In this document: positions 57,833 through 64,000 of the stretch, one piece after another
Layout: every line of letters begins with the position of its first letter
Numbering within the stretch: the first letter of the stretch is position 1
Assembly: GCA_046483985.1 (NCBI GenBank)
Contig: JAWOCD010000110.1
Coordinates: 1 to 64,000 of the forward strand
Direction: 5' to 3'
DNA: 64,000 bases
Source of the DNA: Promethearchaeia archaeon
GTDB lineage: Archaea > Asgardarchaeota > Lokiarchaeia > Sigyniarchaeales > SOKP01
The notes under the pieces: model-generated
What the model was told of the DNA's origin: nothing
Seen by the model: only the letters and a program-made list of their open reading frames with translations
Databases searched by the model: none
Translations under genes and position numbers: made by a program

Positions 57833-57837
57833 GGTAA

Positions 57838-58371
57838 GTGATTGTAATGGCTAAAGTTAAAAAGAAAAAAAAGTCGAAAAATTTACAAGATAATGCTCAA
57901 CTCTACTTTGTTGTGCGCATTAGAGGTGCTCCTGGTATGAGAAGGACAATCCTGGACACGCTCCAAATGTTGCGAATGCATAAGGTAAATCATGGTGTGC
58001 TTATTTGGGGCGAAAAAAGTTTTAAAGGAATGCTCCAGAAATGCAATAATTATATTACTTACGGGGAAATTGATGAAGAAACGCTTATTTCCCTCCTTAG
58101 AGAACGAGGTCGAATAATCGGAGATCGACGGTTAACTGATTCTGCCGTCGAAGATCTTATGGGATATGAAAGTATTGAAGATTTTGCAAGAGCATTATTG
58201 GATGGGGAAATTCAATATAAAGCTAATGATTTAAACAAAATCAAACCTGTATTTCGATTACATCCTCCCCGAAAAGGTTTCAAAGGTACTATAAAACGCC
58301 ATAGGAAAGAAGGTGGAGCTTTAGGATATATTGGAAAGGATATTAATCAACTTATACAACGTATGATATAA
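57838..58371 (+). CDS. rpl30p: 50S ribosomal protein uL30
   Basis: VVRIRG, TL.MLR, FRLHPPRKG, INQLIQRM. Confidence 0.96.
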   Translation: MIVMAKVKKKKKSKNLQDNAQLYFVVRIRGAPGMRRTILDTLQMLRMHKVNHGVLIWGEKSFKGMLQKCNNYITYGEIDEETLISLLRERGRIIGDRRLTDSAVEDLMGYESIEDFARALLDGEIQYKANDLNKIKPVFRLHPPRKGFKGTIKRHRKEGGALGYIGKDINQLIQRMI

Positions 58372-58375
58372 TGAG

Positions 58376-58867
58376 GTGGAAAAATTGAGAAAGCATAAGA
58401 AAAAAACAAAAAAGAAGCGAGGCTCTCGAGTTATGGGCTACGGAAGAGTTGGTCAGCATCGAAAGACTGGACAACGAGCCGGAAGAGGTAAGACGACCCA
58501 ATGGAAGAAGAGTAAAAAATCATATTATTTGAAACAGAAGGAGTTAGGTTTTCCAGATGAGGATTGGAAGGTAGGAAAGCGTGGATTTAAGCGCCCGCAA
58601 AAAGTAGTAAGGAGAAATATTACGAATATAATGAACGTCAAGGATTTAGATTTAAATCTTGAGGATTATATTGAAGAGGATGTTGCGGAGAAGTCTGGAA
58701 AAACCTATTCAATTGATTTAACTGATTTAGATATCCAAAAATTACTCGGACGGGGGAAAATTACCAAGCCCGTTAACATTAAGGTTCAAAAAGCTTCCAA
58801 AGGAGCCATTAAAAAAGTGGAGGAAGCTGGTGGTAAAGTGACCTTGCTTTCGGAATCTGAAGAATAA
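58376..58867 (+). CDS. rpl15p: 50S ribosomal protein uL15
   Basis: RGS...GYGRVGQHRK, KLLGRG, AIKKVEEAGG. Confidence 0.96.
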   Translation: MEKLRKHKKKTKKKRGSRVMGYGRVGQHRKTGQRAGRGKTTQWKKSKKSYYLKQKELGFPDEDWKVGKRGFKRPQKVVRRNITNIMNVKDLDLNLEDYIEEDVAEKSGKTYSIDLTDLDIQKLLGRGKITKPVNIKVQKASKGAIKKVEEAGGKVTLLSESEE

Positions 58868-59074
58868 TTCCTATTTTTATTTAATTTTCTACTTTTATTA
58901 CTATAGTCTTTTGCATAAGTTTTTTACATTTTATAATTCCAGTTTTTCTAATTTATAGTAACTTTAAATATCTACCCTTAATTCTGAAAAGAAGCGTGAT
59001 ATCTGGATATATATGATTAAAAATTATTATAGCAAAAGACTATAATACCTTTTACCCTTTTAAATCATCCATTA

Positions 59075-59653
59075 TTATAGATCAAGCATTTTATAGATAG
59101 TTTGTATTAATACGGGTAAAACAAAGATGAAGAGTAAAATATTTGCAATTAAATGAACTGTGGTAAATGAAATTCCAATTAGATATGTGGGCCAAAAGGC
59201 TTCTAATGTGCCAAAAAAGAAAAGTGCATGGATCATTGTGGTTGATATATCAAATATAAATGTTAATAATCCGCCTGTGGAGCCAAAAAGGAGTATAACC
59301 TTTAATTTATATAGATCCTTCTGGGGCTGAAAATATGGTTTATCTTTAATGAAATCCTTCATAAATCCCCCTATTAGAGCAATAGAAGCGTAATAGACAA
59401 TCTGAAATACAAGAAGCGGTAAAGGTGATGCTCCCATCGGGTTAAAAAAACAAAACAAAAAAGAACTCATCAATCCTATTACGGCTCCATCTTTTTTTCC
59501 CATAATAAATCCCGATAGAAAGAGCATTATAAAAACTAATTGAATATTGGGAATATAGATTAGTAAAAATCCCAAGACAATAATTAAAGCGGTAAAAATC
59601 GCCATTATGGTAAATCGAAAGGATTTTTTGTCTAACCACTTCGGATCACTCAT
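59075..59653 (-). CDS. ECF transporter substrate-specific (S) component, CbrT-like (probable corrinoid)
   Basis: A.FTAL....IPNIQL.. motif, about 6 TMs; ATG at 59653 (MSDPKW) preferred to 59791. Confidence 0.75.
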   Translation of the reverse strand: MSDPKWLDKKSFRFTIMAIFTALIIVLGFLLIYIPNIQLVFIMLFLSGFIMGKKDGAVIGLMSSFLFCFFNPMGASPLPLLVFQIVYYASIALIGGFMKDFIKDKPYFQPQKDLYKLKVILLFGSTGGLLTFIFDISTTMIHALFFFGTLEAFWPTYLIGISFTTVHLIANILLFIFVLPVLIQTIYKMLDL

Positions 59654-59676
59654 TGTTTCCTTTTCTGTCTTTTTAC

Positions 59677-59758
59677 GCGGGTATCTGACTTCCCTCTCTT
59701 CAAGGTTATAACTTGAAGTGGGGCAACCCTTCCCTTTTATCTTTTGATCCAAGGTTAC
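59677..59758 (-). ncRNA. Candidate structured 5' leader with cobalamin-riboswitch-like motifs
   Basis: Minus strand: AAAAGGGAA, CCACT-hairpin(CTTCAAG/CTTGAAG)-GGGAAG and AAGTCAGATACCCGC (B12-box-like), 24 nt before the ECF start. Confidence 0.4.
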
Positions 59759-59851
59759 ACTTATTTCATTTTTATTGTTCTCTACTGTCATGAGTCATCC
59801 GAGTCTAATTTTTCCTGACTATTTTAATAAATACACTTTCGTTTTTATAAT

Positions 59852-59872
59852 ATAGGATAAATTTCCTATTTG
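59852..59872. promoter_or_regulatory. Palindromic operator-like site ATAGGATAAATTTCCTAT next to a TATA-like box
   Basis: Reverse complement CAAATAGGAAATTTATCCTA matches 60122-60141 at 17/20. Confidence 0.55.
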
Positions 59873-59882
59873 TAATGGATAC

Positions 59883-60036
59883 AGAGATTATGTTTCCTAA
59901 AATCGATGAAAGTGATTATAATAAGATCACCCGAAATATGTTACTCAATAACAGTATATCTTTTATTATGAAGTGACATCAGTAGGGAATGAGGTGTACA
60001 ATAAGTCTCTTGAAAATGCCGGGATTCCCGTTTTTT
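59883..60036 (+). ncRNA. Candidate structured non-coding RNA or leader (nested stems, multibranch junction) ending in hairpin + T6
   Basis: Four compatible stems, three with G-U pairs valid only on the + strand; CGGG-ATT-CCCG-TTTTTT at the 3' end. Confidence 0.45.
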
Positions 60037-60121
60037 AACATTTTATTTTTCACATTTATTTTTACACTAAATTTTTTTTATCAGCCAAAACCTAAATTTT
60101 TTATTTATTGGAAACTTTTTT

Positions 60122-60157
60122 CAAATAGGAAAGCTAACCTAGGATACCTTATCCTAA
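60122..60157. promoter_or_regulatory. Two overlapping TAGG...CCTA palindromes (DtxR-box-like operator)
   Basis: TAGGAAAGCTAACCTA (60126-60141) and TAGGATACCTTATCCTA (60140-60156), 26 bp before the ATG. Confidence 0.55.
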
Positions 60158-60182
60158 AAAATATTAGAAATTTGAATTAAAA

Positions 60183-60992
60183 ATGAAAAAGAAGAAATAC
60201 TGCATAATCTTAGCAATTTCGGTCTCGCTTTTATTAGGAATTAGTTTTTTCTTAGTTCCACAAGCACACGCAGAAAGCCAGGTTCCATCGGATTACTCTG
60301 AGGATTTGAGTCTAAATAAAACCTACATTTATAATGTTACTGGATTTGATTCGGTCCTTTATTTTTACGATTATCATTATAATAGTATCGCCAATGTAAG
60401 CTCAAATGATGGAGGGCAGATTTGGATCAATTTCACTGGGTTCTATGACAAAGACTCGGCAGATATGAATACATTTTCAGAGCCCGTTCCTTATCTCAAT
60501 ATATCGTTTTGGAAAAAAGAATCTAATTCTATGGTATTAAATGATACCATTTCAAATGTTTCTAGCAGCCTTGCAGGGTATGATTTAGCAATGGCGTTTA
60601 ACGATTTCAGGCCAGGTTTTCTCATTCCCACAGAGGATACCGACTCCGTAATTCAAAAAGCTGAAGATGAAGAATTGGGTTATATTAATGGAACGGTTGA
60701 GACTCAAGAATTTAAGTATTTATCCATGCTTGATATCACATTTAAAGCCAATAATACATCTCAAAATACAACTCTAATTTACGATACGGAAACAGGAATT
60801 TTAGAATATTGTGAGGTTGAGAGCACATTGGGGCCTAATTTTGGACTAGAACTGCATGAAATAAAAGATCTTGGCTACGAAGAACCCGCAATTTCCGGAT
60901 TTTCGGTAATATTCCTTCTGTTATCAATAGCAGTATGCTCTGGAATTATTTTGCTAAGATTGAGAAAGAGAAGAAAAAAATATCAATCTTAA
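60183..60992 (+). CDS. Secreted surface protein with C-terminal Loki-CTERM-like anchor
   Basis: Signal peptide (..AHA/ES), many N-x-S/T sequons, ISGF + TM + basic tail. Confidence 0.8.
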   Translation: MKKKKYCIILAISVSLLLGISFFLVPQAHAESQVPSDYSEDLSLNKTYIYNVTGFDSVLYFYDYHYNSIANVSSNDGGQIWINFTGFYDKDSADMNTFSEPVPYLNISFWKKESNSMVLNDTISNVSSSLAGYDLAMAFNDFRPGFLIPTEDTDSVIQKAEDEELGYINGTVETQEFKYLSMLDITFKANNTSQNTTLIYDTETGILEYCEVESTLGPNFGLELHEIKDLGYEEPAISGFSVIFLLLSIAVCSGIILLRLRKRRKKYQS

Positions 60993-61051
60993 AATTTTTA
61001 CATAACAAATAAACATCTATTATTTTTTTATTATTTTTTGGTTTAAAACCT

Positions 61052-61660
61052 ATGGAAAAAAGGAAAAAATATATTATAATAGCTTTTATTGGTTCTTTAT
61101 TGTTTTTGGGATTGATCCTCTATAATTTTAATGTTATTCAGATCAATCAAGATGAAAATGAAATAGAGGAAGGAGACAATGAGGATACCTCTGAAATTTA
61201 TGAACCTGAAGAGGGAAATTTCTCCGGTATAGCTTTAATCGTAGATTACAATAACGGTTCAAAAAAAGTCGAGGATGAAATCAATGTAGATTCGGGAAAT
61301 GATACTGTTTTTGATATTCTATTAGCCTATTGCGATGTCGAATACACCGAATATTCTAATGGAGAGGTCTTTATTGAGGGAATAGACGGAGTACGGAATA
61401 AAAATTCGAACAATTGGCTATATTGGGTTAACGGAGAATATGCTGAAGTTGGCGCTGCTTCATATCATGTTGAAGACGGTGATGAAATTAAATGGATTTA
61501 TGGAGATCAAAGCGATGAAAATGGCACCAGTGATAGTAATAATACAGAGATTTCGATATCTGGGTATTCAATTACGATAATTATTTCTGTGCTGTCTTTC
61601 GGTATGATTATCGGAATGTACCATTATAGAAGTGGCATGGTGGAAAATAAGAGTTTTTGA
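61052..61660 (+). CDS. DUF4430 (transcobalamin-like beta domain) membrane-anchored protein
   Basis: TVFDIL...FIEGIDG...WLYWVNGEYAEVGA..Y.VEDGDEIKW; N-terminal TM and ISGY + TM at the C-terminus. Confidence 0.85.
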   Translation: MEKRKKYIIIAFIGSLLFLGLILYNFNVIQINQDENEIEEGDNEDTSEIYEPEEGNFSGIALIVDYNNGSKKVEDEINVDSGNDTVFDILLAYCDVEYTEYSNGEVFIEGIDGVRNKNSNNWLYWVNGEYAEVGAASYHVEDGDEIKWIYGDQSDENGTSDSNNTEISISGYSITIIISVLSFGMIIGMYHYRSGMVENKSF

Positions 61661-61698
61661 ATTTTTAAGAATTTAAAATAAGAAATTAGTAGTTTCCA

Positions 61699-62136
61699 TT
61701 ACATATCTTCTGCTTCTACTTTTTCCAAGAGCGGCTCCATTCTTTTAAATGCTTTTCTAATTTTATGGAAATAATACCCCAATTTATACCCTTTTTGACA
61801 ATTGGTAAAGAGCATGAAGTTGTTATCCTTTGCGCCTACTAAGATGATGGTATATCCTTCATTTCCTCGTATGACGATATCACGAAGTTCTCCTTGCTCG
61901 AGCCCTTCACTTATTTTTTGTCCTAAAGAAATAAGCGTTGCTGGACTTGCGCTATAGACATCAGCAACTACATCGGACGTTTCTGAACTTGCAATGCGGA
62001 GTCCTTGCTTCGACACCACTGCAGTTCCCTCTAAATCGGTACTGCTTTCTAAATCTTCGAGAGATTTCATAATCTCGATGAGGGTCTCTTTTCCTACATC
62101 AGGTTGAGAGAAATCGATTCTCTTTTTTTCTTCCAT
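61699..62136 (-). CDS. Roadblock/LC7 domain protein
   Basis: LEGTAVVSKQGLRIAS, GELRDIVIRGNEGYTIIL. Confidence 0.88.
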   Translation of the reverse strand: MEEKKRIDFSQPDVGKETLIEIMKSLEDLESSTDLEGTAVVSKQGLRIASSETSDVVADVYSASPATLISLGQKISEGLEQGELRDIVIRGNEGYTIILVGAKDNNFMLFTNCQKGYKLGYYFHKIRKAFKRMEPLLEKVEAEDM

Positions 62137-62201
62137 TTTTACGTCTCCTCGTACTATTATAAATATAGTTTTTAAAATTTTAAATGTTTTTTCTTGTATT
62201 T

Positions 62202-63614
62202 TTATTTGATATGAAAACTCCGTAATTCTTTCAAAATGACGGGCTCTGATTTGTCTATCTCCGAGATATCTTCTTCTGTTCCCACGATGACCGCGCCCTT
62301 TGTCCCAAAACTACCGAGAATTTTCGTAAAGGGAGCTTCCAGTTCTCTCCCGGTAATTTCTTTCGCTCCCTTGACACTTTGAGCTAATCCTTCACAAACT
62401 ATCCCTTCAGAATGCTCTAAATATTTGATTCGCCCTTTCTTATACTTGTATTTGTAGAATAATGGCGCTTGTTCGTGGGTTTTCAAAAGATTTGCTGATC
62501 CGATTATCCGCAAGGTGGTTGGGGGGAGGTCCAATCGGCTTAATAAGAATATGACTTTATTTTTTGGAATTAATATCCGCTTGTTAAACCGAAGAATAGC
62601 CCGAAATTTAGATTGGGTCTGAGAAATGGACTTTTTCAACCGTTTCCCCTCAATCTCTTTATAAGGATAAATATTAGCCACATCTGTTTCCATTCCAATA
62701 GTGACGTGCACTTGCGTTCCAAATTCTGTTTTTGGTTTGAAATGCTCCGTTTTATTCACAATAACTTCCGCAATAGTGCAGAATTCAAACGCGTTTTTAT
62801 TATCAGTTACATATGTTCCTCGGTAGACCTTATCAATGTCAATATTTTTGATATTAACCCCTACTCGATTACCTGCCTCGGCAAAATCAACATCCTCGTG
62901 AAAGATTTGGATGTTTTTAACTTTTCCGGTTTCATTTATAGGGAGTATGTAGACCTGTTGATCTTTTTTCAGCGTTCCCGTAATTAGCGTTCCCGTAATG
63001 ATCGGTCCTAAACCTTTTGCGGTAAAGTGGTGATCAATCGGAATGATCACATCTCCGTCTGTATCTCTGTCGATTTCTAACGATTTAATCAGATCGAAGA
63101 TTCCTTCTTTTAACTCTGTGAATCCTTTTTTTTCTTTTGCTGAAACAGCAAAAATGGGAACATTCTTGCCAAATGAAGTAGTTTTAAAGAATTCTTGAAT
63201 GTTTTCGATTTCTTTTTCAATATTGCCCTTGAATAGATCTATCTTATTTAAGACCACGATGATGTTTTCAATTCCTAAGGATTCGATCATGACTAAGTGC
63301 TCTCCAGTCTGAATCTGCGGCCCTTTGTTGATATCTATTACTAATAGTGCACAGTCAATTATTTCCACCGATGATGCGCTAATTTTAATTAAATCTGCAT
63401 GCCCAGGTCCGTCTACAAGCGTAATTAAATACTCATCCATAAGAAAACTGGTGAATCCGATATCAATAGTTATTCCCCGTTCCTTACTCTGTGGATGAGC
63501 ATCGATTCCTGCCGTAGAGATAATCTCGGACAATACTGAGGCAACTGCTGTTTTGCCGGAGTCAATATGACCAAATAACCCAAAGTTGATAGGAATTTTT
63601 TCTTCGATATTCAT
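62202..63614 (-). CDS. selB: Selenocysteine-specific elongation factor (archaeal/eukaryotic type, no wHTH domain IV)
   Basis: GLFGHIDSGKT, ERGITID, DGPGH, QTGEH, NKID, IDHHF, RLDLPPTTLRI. Confidence 0.9.
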   Translation of the reverse strand: MNIEEKIPINFGLFGHIDSGKTAVASVLSEIISTAGIDAHPQSKERGITIDIGFTSFLMDEYLITLVDGPGHADLIKISASSVEIIDCALLVIDINKGPQIQTGEHLVMIESLGIENIIVVLNKIDLFKGNIEKEIENIQEFFKTTSFGKNVPIFAVSAKEKKGFTELKEGIFDLIKSLEIDRDTDGDVIIPIDHHFTAKGLGPIITGTLITGTLKKDQQVYILPINETGKVKNIQIFHEDVDFAEAGNRVGVNIKNIDIDKVYRGTYVTDNKNAFEFCTIAEVIVNKTEHFKPKTEFGTQVHVTIGMETDVANIYPYKEIEGKRLKKSISQTQSKFRAILRFNKRILIPKNKVIFLLSRLDLPPTTLRIIGSANLLKTHEQAPLFYKYKYKKGRIKYLEHSEGIVCEGLAQSVKGAKEITGRELEAPFTKILGSFGTKGAVIVGTEEDISEIDKSEPVILKELRSFHIK

Positions 63615-63740
63615 CTTAACTACTAATTATAATTAACCAATAAATAAAATCTTACAAAATTGGACTCACAAAATTTAATTAATTTAAATTTGATTTTAAT
63701 AATAACAACAAGATTAATAATGTTTTGAGGATTAAAAAAT

Positions 63741-64000
63741 ATGACTCGACATTGCCCGTATTGCGGGGAGCCAGTCAAAGATGATGATAAATTTTGTATA
63801 TCGTGCGGAAAACCTCTTATTTCCAACATTCCTTCCGAAGATAAGATAAACGAGAAGGAAAAGAAGAAGCAAAAAGAAGAAGAAACAAAAAGGGATAAAG
63901 AGGAGAAAGAAGAGGAGAAAAAAGAAAAAAAGAAAAATGAGAAAAAAGCAGACGAAGAGAAGAAAGAGGAAGAAGAGGATTTACCCGAATTACCAGAAGA
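63741..64000 (+). CDS. Zinc-ribbon domain protein, 5' part only (truncated by window edge)
   Basis: MTRHCPYCGEPVKDDDKFCISCGKPL followed by a K/E-rich segment; absent from the ORF track because no stop falls in the window. Confidence 0.85.
   Translation, partial: MTRHCPYCGEPVKDDDKFCISCGKPLISNIPSEDKINEKEKKKQKEEETKRDKEEKEEEKKEKKKNEKKADEEKKEEEEDLPELPE

Noticed and set aside
59654-59791. 46-aa N-terminal extension of the ECF S component in the ORF track
   Set aside because: Not typical of S components; it overlaps a structured, motif-bearing region better explained as a 5' leader.
59901-59982. Hammerhead ribozyme, SECIS or glycine-riboswitch reading of GATGA...CGAAA
   Set aside because: No CUGAUGA core or correctly placed UH cleavage site; the helix is too short for a SECIS; the glycine aptamer consensus is only loosely matched.
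17949-61660. UGA read-through selenoproteins among TGA-terminated ORFs
   Set aside because: The TGA-ending genes I checked are full-length for their families, with no redox CxxU-like context or downstream coding continuation.
626-63829. Many short ORF-track entries overlapping real genes (e.g. 626-823, 24465-24881, 38589-38987, 43575-43871, 44069-44335, 59989-60180, 63623-63829)
   Set aside because: Antisense or off-frame shadows with S/F/L-rich composition and no motifs.
1-64000. CRISPR array, rRNA, provirus or integrase
   Set aside because: No regularly spaced repeats, no rRNA-like segment and no viral or integrase genes seen; the tRNA has no duplicated att-like 3' end in the window.

Overview
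AT-rich chromosomal window, almost certainly from an Asgard archaeon of the Lokiarchaeia type. The assignment rests on an archaeal S10/spc ribosomal protein block with eS4/eL32/eL19/Rpp29, two roadblock proteins, ribophorin I, an OSTC/DC2-like OST subunit, archaeal SelB, Loki-CTERM-like anchors and an intron-containing tRNA-Gln. Most of the window is housekeeping: translation, tRNA/rRNA modification, N-glycosylation and metabolism. Four things stand out. (1) A four-gene divergent module at 19341-24255 is built around two head-to-head ParM/StbA-type actin paralogs. One has intact ATPase motifs and the other has lost its phosphate-2 and adenosine motifs; each is followed by an uncharacterised coiled-coil or helical partner, which suggests an undescribed actin/pseudo-actin filament system. 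(2) A probable corrinoid-uptake locus at 59075-61660 (CbrT-like ECF S component, DUF4430 surface protein) has an intergenic region with two divergent structured RNA candidates, one carrying cobalamin-riboswitch-like motifs, plus repeated palindromic operators. (3) Two 74-bp copies of an IS200/IS605 right-end mini-element are present. (4) At least two genes, including essential uS14, appear to start at ATT. All product calls come from motif recognition by eye; no database searches were run.
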